Source: Microbacterium phage Nicole72
Strand: one strand, 5' to 3'
Length of the DNA: 32,000 nucleotides
Sequence record: OR159674.1
The translations under genes were made by a program, and so were the position numbers. Shown here piece by piece: positions 22,378 through 32,000 of the stretch. The number at the start of each line of letters is the position of its first letter. Within the stretch, counting starts at the first letter, position 1. The notes under the pieces are model-generated. The model was not told where the DNA came from, ran no database searches, and worked only from the letters and a program-made list of their open reading frames with translations.

Positions 22378-25257
22378 GTGGCAGGCAACACGGTCGGTTC
22401 CGTATCCGTCACCGTCGAGGCGGACGCCGACGACTTCTCCTCCGATGTGGAGTCCCAGACCGCCAAGGGCATGAAGGGCGTCGGGGAGAACCTGGGTCGC
22501 CTCATCAACGAGGGTCTGCGGCAGGGGCTCCAGGGCTCGCTCGCGTCGGTGGCTCAGGCGGCAGGCAACACGCTCCAGAGCGGGCTCGGTCGCGTGGGCC
22601 AGGCTGTCGGCGCGACGCTCAGCAAGGCGCTCGGTCCGAACCTCAGCGCGAGCCTCGGCGGCTTCCTCTCTCAACTCACGACCGCGCAGGGCCGCATGCA
22701 GGCGTTCGGGTCGCTGGGCGAGAGCATCGGCACGCGGCTCCAGAGCGCGCTCGGCCCGAAACTGTCGGGCGGGCTCCTCAACCTCGTGGCTGGCTTCAAG
22801 AGCAGTCAGGCCGCGGCGTCGTCGTTCACCGGGTCGCTGGGCACCATCGGCGGGCTCGCGCGCGGCGCGTTCAACGTCGCGCAGACCGCCGTGTCCGGGT
22901 TCGCGTCCGCCGCCAAGAGCGCGCTCAGCGGCATCGTGTCTGTCGCGTCGTCGGTGTGGGAGAAGGTCAAGTCGGGCGCATCGACCGCGTTCCGCGCCAT
23001 CGGTGACAGCCTCAACTCGGCGCTGTCGTCAGCCGCCAAAATCACGGGCACGGCGGTCGCCGCGACGCTCGGCACGGCGATGGCCAAGGGCTTCTCGCGC
23101 CTGGAGGCCATCGACACCGCCACAGCCAAACTCACGGGCCTCGGGCACAGCACGGAGTCCGTCGCGAGCATCATGCAGTCGGCCACGGCGGCTGTGAAGG
23201 GCACGGCCTACGGGCTCGGTGACGCCGCGAGCGCCGCCGCGCAGTTCGCCGCGGCGGGCGTCCCGCTCGACGGCATGCAGAGGTCGCTCACGATCCTCGC
23301 GTCGGCGTCGTCGGTAGCGGGTGCCGACATGAACGAGATGACGACGATCTTCGGCAAGGTCGCCGCCACGGGCAAGCTGAACGGCGAGGTGGTTCAGCAA
23401 CTCGCTGAGCGTGGCATCCCCGTGCTCTCCCTGCTCGCCAAGCAGTACGGCGTCACGGGCGAGGAAGCCCAGAAGATGGTGTCCGAGGGCAAGGTCGGCT
23501 TCGAGGAGTTCCAGACCGTGCTGGAGGGCTCGCTCGGTCCCGCCGCCGCGGCGATGGGCCAGTCCTTCTCGGGCATGCTCAAGAACGTCGGCGCGGCGCT
23601 CGGGCGGCTCGGTGCGGCCTTCCAGGCTCCCGCGTTCGAGGCGGCCAAGGGGCTGTTCCCGCCGATCATGGCGGCTATCGACCAACTCACGAGCGTCGTC
23701 GGCCCGCTCGCGACGGCCCTCGGGGAGCGTCTGGCACCCGCCATCGACATCCTCAAGAACGCGCTCGGGTCGTTCGACCTCAGCGGCTTCGCGGCCAACC
23801 TCACGGCCACGGACGGCGCGGCCAACGGCTTCCTGAACGCGCTCGCGCCGCTGTCGCCGCTCCTGCTCGGCATCGCTGGAGCGATGGGGCCGCTCCTCGG
23901 CTCCCTGCCCGTCATCGGCCCGCTGTTCGCTGGCATCACGGCTCCGGTCGGCCTGCTCGTCGGCGCGCTCGGCGCTCTGCTCGTGTTCAAGCCCGACACG
24001 CTCATTAGCGGCTTCGAGTCCATCGCGTCGGCTGTGCCTGGCATGATCGACGGGCTCGTGGGTGCCATCTCGACGCTCATCCCCGAGATGGTCAACCGGA
24101 TCGCGACCAACCTGCCGATCTTCGTCAACGGCATCCTGAACGTGCTGACAGCCGCGGTGCCCGCCATCATCGGCGCGATCCCGACGCTCGTGGCCGCGTT
24201 CGCTCAGATGATTCCGCAGGTCATCACGACCCTCATGGCCGCGATCCCGCAACTCATCATGGGCGCGCTCACGCTGTTCCAAGGCATCGTGCAGGCCGTC
24301 GTGCTCGTCATCCCGCAGATCGTGACCAGCCTCGTCACGATGATCCCGCAACTCGCGACCGCACTCCTGAGCGCGCTCCCGCAGATCATCACCGCCGCGC
24401 TCCAGTTGTTCATGGGCATCGTGCAGGGCGTCATCGAGGCCGTCCCGGCGATCATCTCCGCGGTGCTCGAACTGCTCCCCGTGCTCCTGGAGACGGTGGT
24501 CGGGATGATCCCCGACCTCATCAACGCCGCGCTCGAACTCTTCCTCGGCATCATCCTCGGGCTCGCAGAGGCCATCCCGTCGATCATCGCGGCGCTCCTC
24601 GACCTCCTGCCGCAACTCATCTCGACGCTCATCGGCATGATCCCGACGCTCATCCAGGGAGCCGTGACGCTGTTCACCGGCATCGTGGAGGCTCTGCCGC
24701 GCGTCATCCCGCAGATCATCTCCGCGCTGATCGGGCTCGCGCCGGTCATGGTGGACGCGCTCATCCAACTGGTGCCGCAACTCATCCAGGCCGGTGTGGA
24801 CCTCATCTCGGGGCTCGTGAACGGTCTGCTCAGCGCCGCGGGCCAGGTCGGTGAGACGCTCCTCAACATCGCGAAGAACGCGGTGGGCGACTTCCTCTCG
24901 TTCCTCGGGATCAACAGCCCGTCGCGGCTCATGTACGGCGCCGGTCAGGACACGATGCAGGGCTACATCAACGCCGTGGACGACATGGCCGACGACGCCT
25001 CGAAGTCGATGCTCCGCGCGCTCACGCCGCCGCCCGCTCCGGCGCTCGTGCCCAACGCGGAAGCGCTCGGTCGCGTCGGGCAGGACGCCGCTGTCGCCAT
25101 CGCCAACCGGCAGGCCACGGCTGGCACGAGCGCTCCGGGCATCCCCGGCGTGCCCCAGGACATCGACATCAACGTCATCGGTGACCTTCACCCCGAGCGC
25201 ACGGCGCGCGCCGTCGCTGACACGCTCGCAGAGAAGGTCGCCGTGGTGGCGGCGTAG
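22378..25257 (+). CDS. Tape measure protein
   Basis: 959 aa, the longest gene; GTG start with GGAGG upstream. Ala/Gly-rich N-terminus and hydrophobic repeat region (IPQIVTSLVTMIPQLATALLSALPQIITAALQLF...). Confidence 0.93.
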   Translation: MAGNTVGSVSVTVEADADDFSSDVESQTAKGMKGVGENLGRLINEGLRQGLQGSLASVAQAAGNTLQSGLGRVGQAVGATLSKALGPNLSASLGGFLSQLTTAQGRMQAFGSLGESIGTRLQSALGPKLSGGLLNLVAGFKSSQAAASSFTGSLGTIGGLARGAFNVAQTAVSGFASAAKSALSGIVSVASSVWEKVKSGASTAFRAIGDSLNSALSSAAKITGTAVAATLGTAMAKGFSRLEAIDTATAKLTGLGHSTESVASIMQSATAAVKGTAYGLGDAASAAAQFAAAGVPLDGMQRSLTILASASSVAGADMNEMTTIFGKVAATGKLNGEVVQQLAERGIPVLSLLAKQYGVTGEEAQKMVSEGKVGFEEFQTVLEGSLGPAAAAMGQSFSGMLKNVGAALGRLGAAFQAPAFEAAKGLFPPIMAAIDQLTSVVGPLATALGERLAPAIDILKNALGSFDLSGFAANLTATDGAANGFLNALAPLSPLLLGIAGAMGPLLGSLPVIGPLFAGITAPVGLLVGALGALLVFKPDTLISGFESIASAVPGMIDGLVGAISTLIPEMVNRIATNLPIFVNGILNVLTAAVPAIIGAIPTLVAAFAQMIPQVITTLMAAIPQLIMGALTLFQGIVQAVVLVIPQIVTSLVTMIPQLATALLSALPQIITAALQLFMGIVQGVIEAVPAIISAVLELLPVLLETVVGMIPDLINAALELFLGIILGLAEAIPSIIAALLDLLPQLISTLIGMIPTLIQGAVTLFTGIVEALPRVIPQIISALIGLAPVMVDALIQLVPQLIQAGVDLISGLVNGLLSAAGQVGETLLNIAKNAVGDFLSFLGINSPSRLMYGAGQDTMQGYINAVDDMADDASKSMLRALTPPPAPALVPNAEALGRVGQDAAVAIANRQATAGTSAPGIPGVPQDIDINVIGDLHPERTARAVADTLAEKVAVVAA
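24150..24840 (+). repeat. Degenerate hydrophobic repeats within the tape measure gene
   Basis: The protein has a recurring P-x-I/L-I-x-x-L spacing (IPQVITTLMAAIPQLIMGALTLFQGIVQAVVLVIPQIVTSL...). Boundaries approximate. Confidence 0.7.
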
Positions 25258-25269
25258 GAGGACGACGAC

Positions 25270-27153
25270 ATGCTGGACGAGTACCTGGCCCTGGGAGGCG
25301 TCGAACTGGGCAACAACGCCCGGGCGCTCGCCTACTCGCGGTGCCTGCCGTGCTGTGCTGGCCTCCTGAAAGGCGGCGCGTGCGCGAGCATCCACGATGC
25401 GACCAACCCCGTCACCAACGCTGTGCGCGAGTGGCAGGAGCAGGGGCGCAACCGCATCCCTGACCCGCGCGGCATCACCCCGGCGACGACGTGGGCGAGC
25501 GTCGGCGCGACGCCCGCAACGCTCCCTGACGGCGGCGTGCTGTTCACCCTCGCTGTCGGCACGTTCCGCGTCGGCCCCGAGGTGCTGGTGGCCGCGAGCA
25601 CGCAGTACACGGTGTCGCTCAGCATCTCGTCCGACCTCGCTCGCACCGTGGACATCGTGTACCGGCCCAACATCGCCAGCGCGACGGGCGAGGTCGTCAT
25701 CGCCGCAGGCGTGTCGCTGAGCGCGGGCCTGCCGAACGAGTTCACGGCGACGTTCACGACGAGCGCGACCGCTCCGAGCCCGACAGCCGCCGCGATCTTC
25801 GCGACGGGCGCGAACGCGAGCGCCAACCGCATCATGACCGTCACGGAGCCGGTGCTCGTCACGGGTGCCATCGCCATGCCGTACTTCGACGGCCAGACGC
25901 TCCCCGAGGGATCGAACAGCGTCGAGAACCGTGTCTCGTGGACGGGCACAGCGAACGCGAGCGTGTCGCTCTGGGAGCGCAACGTCATCATCACGCCCGC
26001 GTCGTCGTCGGAGCCGCCCTACGACTGCTCCGTCATCGACCGCGCGCCGTGGTACGACCCCGACAACGAGTTCAGCCACGACCTCGCGGGCTTCTACCTG
26101 CTCCGCGTGTCGGGCATCACGGACGGCACGATGACGGCTGGCGTCACGGAGTCCATCGACAACGGTGGCGTGATCGGCGCGGCCCGCTACGCCTCGCGCT
26201 CGGTGCGCGTGCGCACGATGATTCTCGGGTGCGGCAACGCCGCGGCAGAGTATGGGCTGGCATGGCTCAAGGCGGCGCTGGGCGAGCAGTTCTGCGCGCG
26301 TCACGGCGACGCCTGCGGCACGAGCGACCTCGAGTTCTTCATCGACTGCCCGCCGTCGCTCGACCCGGGAGACACCGACTACGCGGCGACGACCGCGCGC
26401 TACCGCCGCTACCTGCACGGCGTCGGGTGCACGAGCGCGCCGATCATCGCTGAGGAGTACGCGACGCCGAGCGGTGCCTACGTGATCGTCGTGGAGTACA
26501 TCCTGACCGCCGAGAGCCCGTTCGTGTGGGGCCAGACGCTCCCGGGCGCGAGCACGGGCTCCGTCCTCACGGCCTACGACGACATCCCGTTCAACCTCAT
26601 GCGCCACCCGAGCGGCGAGGTGGGCGACGGCATCCCGGCGATCACGGCCACGCAGTACGTGTTCAACGGCTCGGTCGAGTACGGCGCGACGGGCTGGGCC
26701 AACGCTGTCACGAACATCCCAGCTGGCATCACGGCGGGCGCGAGCACGGACATCGCCGCTGTCGGGCCGAACTCGTACCGCGTGCGCCTGCTCGCGACCG
26801 GCGCTGTCGCCGCGGGTGAAATCTCGACCTACTACGACGTGGCGCTGGGCGCGCTCCCTGGCGGCTCGCGTCCGTCGCTGAGCGTGTGGGCGGCGGCGCT
26901 GACGTTCGCTGGAGCGCCGACGCTCGACCCGGCCCTCACCGCCGAGGTCGAGTGGCGCAACGGCGGCACGGTGCTCGGCACGACGCCGCTGGGCTCCATC
27001 CCGGTCAACGGCGGCAACGCGAGCGCCACGGGCCTCACCGTGCCCGCCACGGCCACGACCGCGCGGCTCCGCGTGCGCGCCACCAACATCACCGCCGCGG
27101 CGGCTGACGACCTCCGGGTCTACGCCGACGCCTTCTCCCTGACCGTGCCGTAA
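25270..27153 (+). CDS. Minor tail protein (distal-tail-like)
   Basis: MLDEYLALGGVELGNNARALAYSRCLPCCAGLLKGGACASIHDATN...; 627 aa immediately after the tape measure gene. Confidence 0.75.
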   Translation: MLDEYLALGGVELGNNARALAYSRCLPCCAGLLKGGACASIHDATNPVTNAVREWQEQGRNRIPDPRGITPATTWASVGATPATLPDGGVLFTLAVGTFRVGPEVLVAASTQYTVSLSISSDLARTVDIVYRPNIASATGEVVIAAGVSLSAGLPNEFTATFTTSATAPSPTAAAIFATGANASANRIMTVTEPVLVTGAIAMPYFDGQTLPEGSNSVENRVSWTGTANASVSLWERNVIITPASSSEPPYDCSVIDRAPWYDPDNEFSHDLAGFYLLRVSGITDGTMTAGVTESIDNGGVIGAARYASRSVRVRTMILGCGNAAAEYGLAWLKAALGEQFCARHGDACGTSDLEFFIDCPPSLDPGDTDYAATTARYRRYLHGVGCTSAPIIAEEYATPSGAYVIVVEYILTAESPFVWGQTLPGASTGSVLTAYDDIPFNLMRHPSGEVGDGIPAITATQYVFNGSVEYGATGWANAVTNIPAGITAGASTDIAAVGPNSYRVRLLATGAVAAGEISTYYDVALGALPGGSRPSLSVWAAALTFAGAPTLDPALTAEVEWRNGGTVLGTTPLGSIPVNGGNASATGLTVPATATTARLRVRATNITAAAADDLRVYADAFSLTVP

Positions 27154-27166
27154 GGAGGCGACAGAC

Positions 27167-29305
27167 ATGGGCTACGCAGACTACACACGCGGCACCGGCA
27201 CCACCGGCACCATGCTCATCCGCGTTGCCGACGCGGCGGGCCAGAACGGCGTCATCAGCGCGAACTACGTCCAGTTCTGGATCAACGCTGGCCAGAGCGC
27301 CACCAACGTCGGCTCCCTCCCGTGGAGCGGCTACGTGAACGGCGTGGGCGTCGGCGGCGGCGTCAACTACCCCTCGGGCAACCCGTGGGTGCTCGTCGCG
27401 CAGTACTACGTCGGCTACTCGCAGGACGTGCGATTCAGCATCGGCGCGTCGGGCACGCAGGGGCTCGGAGGGCCGACCGACTTCTGGGTGTCGGTGGCTC
27501 GCGCTACGGTGCCGCCCGCTCCGACGCCGTTCTGCATCAGTCCGAACCCGAATCAGATCACGCCGACGAGCATGCGCGCGCAGTTCTGCTCCCAAGGCGA
27601 CGGAGGCTCCGCGATCACGTCGTGGGGGCTCCAGATCGCGACGGATGCCGCGTTCACGCAGAACGTCCAACTCGTGTCCTCGTCGGGCACGACGACGTTC
27701 ACCAACCTCACCCCTGGCACCACGTACTACTTCCGCGCTCGCGGCCAGAACGCTGTCGGCGTCGGCGCATGGTCGGCCACGTGGAGCGGCACGACGACGA
27801 ACCCGGGCGCGCCCAGCCTCACGAGCGTCACGCCCGCCGCCACGGGCACGTCGGCCACCGTCGTCGTCGCCGCGCCGGTCGGCTTCTCGGTGGACTCGTA
27901 CACGATCCAGAACCGCACGCCTGGCGGCTCGTGGACAACGGTCGCCAGCGGCTCAGCGAACCCGTCCCAGGTCGTGTCGGGCCTCACGCCCGGTCAGACC
28001 TACGAGTGGCGCGCCGCGGCGGTCATCAGCGGTTACACGACCGCGACGAGTTCGACCCTGACGCGCACTCAGCCCCAGCCGAACGCCTCGCCCGGGTCGT
28101 TCTGGAACGGCGACACGCCCGACACGCCCACGACGAACTACGGGTGGACTGGCACAGCAGGCGCGAGCACGAGCACGGCGCAGACCCTCACGGGTGGCGC
28201 TGTCGGCTGGCTGAAAGGCCCAGCGGCGGTCGCGGCCTCGGGCGGCACGGCTGTCCAGTACCAGATCACGGGCGGCGTGGAGCCGAACGGCAACGGCGGC
28301 GCGTGGGCTGTGCGCTACTCGATGCTCACCAACGCCACGACCAACGGCTTCCGCGGCGGCACGGACGGCGTGGACGGCTATGCGGTCGTCACGCAGGGCG
28401 GCTCCTACATGGGCTCCATCTGGGTGCGCGCGAACCGCGCTCGCACGCTCGCGGCCATGTGGGTCTGGTACAACGCGGGCGGCGCTGTCATCGGCACGAG
28501 CATGGGGGCCAGCGTCGCTGTCGCGCTCAACACGCCCACGCGGCTCACCGTCCTGGCTGTCGCGCCCGCTGGAGCCGTGCGCGGCGCTGTCGTGTTCACC
28601 GATCCCGCGGGCTCGTCGCTCATGCAGGCCGGTGACATCATCGACGCCGACGCCGACATGGGCTCCACGGGTGTCCTCTACCCGTACTTCGACGGCAACA
28701 CGCCCGACACGTCGCAGTTCATCTACTCGTGGGTCGGCGCGGCGAACACGAGCCCGAGCCAGCGCGAGGCGATCCCGCAGGCTCAGCAGAACCCTCTGCT
28801 CGACCCGAACTGCACGCCGATCCCGACGCCGCCCGCGCCGCCGCAGATCGAGGACGACTGCATCGAGCCCATCGGATCGTGGCGTCGTCGGCTGTTCGTC
28901 ATCGACGCCTCAGACATCCCCGAGCACCTCGCGAGCGTGCCGACCATCGTGCTCCAGACGTTCGGTGACGCCGAGAGCCAGGTGCGCGTGCGCTGGTATC
29001 ACAACCCCGACTGCCTCGCGCCGCTGAGCGTGGACACGTCGTCGTGGGAGTTCGAGCAGATCATCTCGTACATCCCGCCGAACACGACCATCACGCTCGA
29101 CGGCGTATCGGAGCGCGTGTGGGCCGAGGTGCCGACCGGCTCCGATGCGATCCCCGCCGACAGCCTCCTGTACGGCACGGGCGGCGTCCCGGCCACCTGG
29201 CCTACCCTGTCGTGTGGCGGGTGCTGGCTCATCAGCCTGGACACCGACCTCGACGCGAACGTGGCGAACCTCCAGCCGTCCGCCAGCCTGACCGTGAGGG
29301 AGTAA
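27167..29305 (+). CDS. Minor tail protein with fibronectin type III-like repeats
   Basis: PGAPSLTSVTPAATGTSATVVVAAPVGFSVDSYTIQNRTPGGSWTTVASGSANPSQVVSGLTPGQTYEWRAAAVISGYTTATSS, preceded by a similar unit (TTFTNLTPGTTYYFRARGQNAVGVGAWS). Confidence 0.75.
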   Translation: MGYADYTRGTGTTGTMLIRVADAAGQNGVISANYVQFWINAGQSATNVGSLPWSGYVNGVGVGGGVNYPSGNPWVLVAQYYVGYSQDVRFSIGASGTQGLGGPTDFWVSVARATVPPAPTPFCISPNPNQITPTSMRAQFCSQGDGGSAITSWGLQIATDAAFTQNVQLVSSSGTTTFTNLTPGTTYYFRARGQNAVGVGAWSATWSGTTTNPGAPSLTSVTPAATGTSATVVVAAPVGFSVDSYTIQNRTPGGSWTTVASGSANPSQVVSGLTPGQTYEWRAAAVISGYTTATSSTLTRTQPQPNASPGSFWNGDTPDTPTTNYGWTGTAGASTSTAQTLTGGAVGWLKGPAAVAASGGTAVQYQITGGVEPNGNGGAWAVRYSMLTNATTNGFRGGTDGVDGYAVVTQGGSYMGSIWVRANRARTLAAMWVWYNAGGAVIGTSMGASVAVALNTPTRLTVLAVAPAGAVRGAVVFTDPAGSSLMQAGDIIDADADMGSTGVLYPYFDGNTPDTSQFIYSWVGAANTSPSQREAIPQAQQNPLLDPNCTPIPTPPAPPQIEDDCIEPIGSWRRRLFVIDASDIPEHLASVPTIVLQTFGDAESQVRVRWYHNPDCLAPLSVDTSSWEFEQIISYIPPNTTITLDGVSERVWAEVPTGSDAIPADSLLYGTGGVPATWPTLSCGGCWLISLDTDLDANVANLQPSASLTVRE

Positions 29306-29307
29306 CC

Positions 29308-30459
29308 GTGGCCGACTGCATCGAGCGCCACAGGCTGTCGATCTACGACCGCGGCGGCTCGCGGCGCGTGCACAACCTCGTGGACATCGCGAGCGTCGAG
29401 TGGGAGCGCGCTCGTGACGCCAAGAGCACGGCGCAGTTCTCGGTGACGGGGCGCGCGTGCGTGGAGCAGGCCGACATCATCCGCGACATCGCCAACGGCG
29501 CGGGCCGCTACGAACTCGTGATCCACCGCGGCGACGAGCGCGTCTGGGAGGGGCCGATCCGTCGTGTGGGCACGCTCCGCGACCGCGCCACCGTGCTCGC
29601 GACCGACATCAAGGAGTACATGGATCGCACGTCGCTGTCGAAGGCGTGGCCGAACCCGGACGGCGGAGGCCCGCCGCTCATGGGCGACCGGCTGGAGGAA
29701 ATCATCTCCTACGAACTCACCGAGCCTTACGTCATGGAGACGAACAGCGGCCCGGTCGTCGTGCGGCGCTGGGAGGGGCTGGATCAGCCCATCAACGTGC
29801 TCCCGTTCCTCACGGTCTACCCGGGCTCCGTGCTCACGCGCTCGGAAACCGAGGAGTTCGAGATGATGCTGGGCGAGCACATCGACAACCTCGTGGACGG
29901 CGGCATGGACTTCACCGTCGTCGGTCGCCGCATGATCCTGTGGGACTCGGCGCTGAGCATCGGCCAGACGCGACGCCTCACCGATGCCGACTTCTACGGC
30001 GACATCGAGGTGATCCGCTACCCGTCCGAGCACTGGTCGATCAGTCACCTCAGCGCGTCGCGCGACGACGAGAGCGGGTTCCGTGGCGTCGGGCACGCTG
30101 GCGCTGAGGACGACTACTACGGCGTGTGGGAGAACGTCGTGAGCATGCAGAGCGAGGAGAGCACGTCCGAGCCCACGCAACTCGAACTCAACTCGCAGGC
30201 CCAGCGCGACATTCTGCACCGCACGCCCGTCCCGCTGGAGGTGCACATCCCCGATGGCGTCGGCCTCCGTCTGTCGAACGACCTCACGATCCAGCACCTC
30301 GTCCCGGGCGTCATCATGCCGGTCGTGACCGATCGCAACATCCAGCGCGTGACCCAGCCTCAGCGGCTCGATCACGTCAAGGTGACGGAGACAGCGCAGG
30401 GCGAGACGGTGCAGGTGTCGCTCAGCCCGTTCGGTGACGTGAGCGTGGTGGGAGCATGA
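29308..30459 (+). CDS. Minor tail protein
   Basis: MADCIERHRLSIYDRGGSRRVHNLVDIASVEWERARDAKSTAQFSVTG...; in the tail cluster. GTG start at 29308 is more plausible than the 29044 opening of the tracked ORF. Confidence 0.75.
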   Translation: MADCIERHRLSIYDRGGSRRVHNLVDIASVEWERARDAKSTAQFSVTGRACVEQADIIRDIANGAGRYELVIHRGDERVWEGPIRRVGTLRDRATVLATDIKEYMDRTSLSKAWPNPDGGGPPLMGDRLEEIISYELTEPYVMETNSGPVVVRRWEGLDQPINVLPFLTVYPGSVLTRSETEEFEMMLGEHIDNLVDGGMDFTVVGRRMILWDSALSIGQTRRLTDADFYGDIEVIRYPSEHWSISHLSASRDDESGFRGVGHAGAEDDYYGVWENVVSMQSEESTSEPTQLELNSQAQRDILHRTPVPLEVHIPDGVGLRLSNDLTIQHLVPGVIMPVVTDRNIQRVTQPQRLDHVKVTETAQGETVQVSLSPFGDVSVVGA

Positions 30460-31244
30460 GCCGCCCGCCCGTCCGCACTGAGGAGGCGCTTCTGCGCGGC
30501 CACGAGCGCCGCATCAAACTCCTGGAGCGTCGCCTGGCGGCATCCGGCTACCTGCCGCCTCACGAGGTGCGCTACGCGGGCACGACGCTGGAGCGCAATG
30601 CGTTCTTCGGCGTCCCGGCGACGACGCCCGAGCAGGTGGCGCTCGCCAATGAGCGCGTCACTTGGTTCAACACCGACTGGGGCTGGGAGGAGTCGTACTA
30701 CGTCGCCGCTGGCTCGTCGGGCCTCACGGCTCCCGGGCTCATCACGGGCACCGCGGCAGGCTGGTATCCCACGGGCGTCGGCCCGAGCGCTCGCCTCATC
30801 GCTGGCACGACTCAGAGCATGACGACGGGCAACTGGTTCGTCAACTGGGCCGCGTTCGGCACGGGTGCCTCTCGCCGCCGCGGAGGCTCGACGTGGTGGG
30901 GCACGTCGGCGGGCTCTCTGTTCCCGAAGTTCGCTGGCATCTACGAACCGTTCGCGCAGTCGCTGTGTCAGACCGGCGCTGGCTCCGGGTCGCTCTCGTT
31001 CCTCAAGAACGGCTCGTCCGCGGGCCAGCACACGCTGGTCGTCCAGCCGTTCACGCTGTCGGGCTCATTCAACACGCCCATCGTCATGCCCTCCTCGCCG
31101 CTCCCGCTCGCGGCCAACGAGGGCGTCGGCATCTACGCCTCCAGCGTCGGCTCAGCGACGTTCGGCGTCGGAGCCAACGGAAGCACCCCGAGCGCGGGCC
31201 AACTCGCGCTCACCTACATCGGCCCACCACTCGCATCTGACTGA
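30456..31244 (+). CDS. Minor tail protein
   Basis: MSRPPVRTEEALLRGHERRIKLLERRLAASGYLPPHEVRYAG... with a Gly/Ser-rich beta-like C-terminal domain. Confidence 0.6.
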   Translation: MSRPPVRTEEALLRGHERRIKLLERRLAASGYLPPHEVRYAGTTLERNAFFGVPATTPEQVALANERVTWFNTDWGWEESYYVAAGSSGLTAPGLITGTAAGWYPTGVGPSARLIAGTTQSMTTGNWFVNWAAFGTGASRRRGGSTWWGTSAGSLFPKFAGIYEPFAQSLCQTGAGSGSLSFLKNGSSAGQHTLVVQPFTLSGSFNTPIVMPSSPLPLAANEGVGIYASSVGSATFGVGANGSTPSAGQLALTYIGPPLASD

Positions 31245-31252
31245 GGAGCACC

Positions 31253-31507
31253 ATGTCGTACTCGACCATCGCCAAGATCGCGCAGGACAGCATGCTGTCC
31301 CAGCGCCTCACCGCCGCCGCGGCGCAGGAGCACAAGCCGCGCCCGTACACCGACTGGGTGGCTGAGTTCCGCTGGGACTTGGCCGCGACCCCCGGCTGGA
31401 GCGAGGCGTGGGAGAGCGCCATCGCCGCGGGCGTCGAGAACATCGGAGACGACCCCGGCGTCATCACCGACGCGATGATCCTGGCCGCTGTTCAGCCGAT
31501 GGCGTAG
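31253..31507 (+). CDS. Small hypothetical protein
   Basis: MSYSTIAKIAQDSMLSQRLTAAAAQEHKPRPYTDWVAEFRWDLAATPGWSEAWESAIAAG...; GAGG upstream. Confidence 0.7.
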   Translation: MSYSTIAKIAQDSMLSQRLTAAAAQEHKPRPYTDWVAEFRWDLAATPGWSEAWESAIAAGVENIGDDPGVITDAMILAAVQPMA

Positions 31508-31517
31508 GGTTCGCCCC

Positions 31518-31673
31518 ATGAGCAACGAGAACAGCATCGGAGAGGTCGTCGCACCCGTTCCCGAGGTGCCCGAGGACGAGCGCGAGCCCGTCAAGACGTG
31601 GGAACTGCGGCGCGATGTCGAGACGTACCCGGGCGCTGAGCCCGTCGAGACGTTCGCGAAGGGCGACGGCTGA
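31518..31673 (+). CDS. Small acidic hypothetical protein (51 aa)
   Basis: MSNENSIGEVVAPVPEVPEDEREPVKTWELRRDVETYPGAEPVETFAKGDG; not in the ORF track but tightly packed between neighbours. Confidence 0.5.
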   Translation: MSNENSIGEVVAPVPEVPEDEREPVKTWELRRDVETYPGAEPVETFAKGDG

Positions 31674-32000
31674 TGGGCGTCAACGGCATGGCGGCGGCGA
31701 ACACCCTCCTGGCGATGGATCGCGTCACGCCGGGGTACTGCCTCATGTACGTCTGGCAGGCCTACAAGGCCCACGGCGCGGTCAGCGACGGCAAGTACTA
31801 CCCCACGGCCTACAGCGCGTGGACGCAGGGCCACGGCCACCACCCGGGCGACTGGAACCCGCCCGCTGGCGTGCCGGTGTACTTCGGCCCACGCCCCGGC
31901 TCGGACGCGGGCGATGTCGTCATCAGCATGGGCGGCGGGCGCTGTGCGGCGACCGACTGGCCCTACAACGGCGTCACGAACGAGACGACGCTGGCGGCTC
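31673..32000 (+). CDS. Endolysin-like protein, N-terminal part (truncated by window)
   Basis: MGVNGMAAANTLLAMDRVTPGYCLMYVWQAYKAHG...HPGDWNPPAGVPVYFGPRPGSDAGDVVISMGGG; CHAP/NlpC-like Cys/His layout, open at the window end. Confidence 0.6.
   Translation, partial: MGVNGMAAANTLLAMDRVTPGYCLMYVWQAYKAHGAVSDGKYYPTAYSAWTQGHGHHPGDWNPPAGVPVYFGPRPGSDAGDVVISMGGGRCAATDWPYNGVTNETTLAA

Noticed and set aside
23029-27168. 1379-aa minus-strand ORF opposite tape measure and minor tail genes
   Set aside because: Same antisense GC artefact; composition is low-complexity Arg/His/Asp and it spans several real genes and their junctions.
1-32000. CRISPR arrays, tRNA genes, integrase/transposase or retroelements
   Set aside because: No regularly spaced direct repeats, cloverleaf-like sequences or recognisable recombinase/RT motifs were seen. 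A tRNAscan or minCED run would settle this.

Overview
This GC-rich window is the late (virion) module of a tailed actinobacteriophage with siphovirus-like morphology, fused at its left end to a 7-deazaguanine DNA-modification cassette. Almost every gene is on the + strand. Left to right: a ParB-like domain protein, two tandem diverged DpdA/TGT-like transglycosylases, a class-II glutamine amidotransferase-QueC fusion with a GTG-TGT start, two orphan small ORFs, QueD, QueE, FolE, then terminase large subunit, a DUF1360-like protein, portal, MuF-like protein, capsid maturation protease, and major capsid protein with an N-terminal acidic, scaffold-like extension. These are followed by head-tail connectors, the major tail protein, tail assembly chaperones with a predicted -1 frameshift, the tape measure protein, minor tail proteins (one with an FN3-like repeat) and the start of an endolysin-like gene cut by the window edge. 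The best leads are: (1) the modification cassette, with two DpdA paralogs and unknown ORFs interleaved in translationally coupled order; (2) a recurrent promoter-like motif (GYGCTACWST), two copies of which sit exactly 6 nt upstream of an ATG with no Shine-Dalgarno, suggesting leaderless late mRNAs; (3) hairpin/promoter/5' leader units around the protease and capsid genes; (4) a perfect 16-bp palindrome inside folE. No tRNA, CRISPR, integrase or transposon was recognised. All family calls come from reading motifs by eye, not from database searches.
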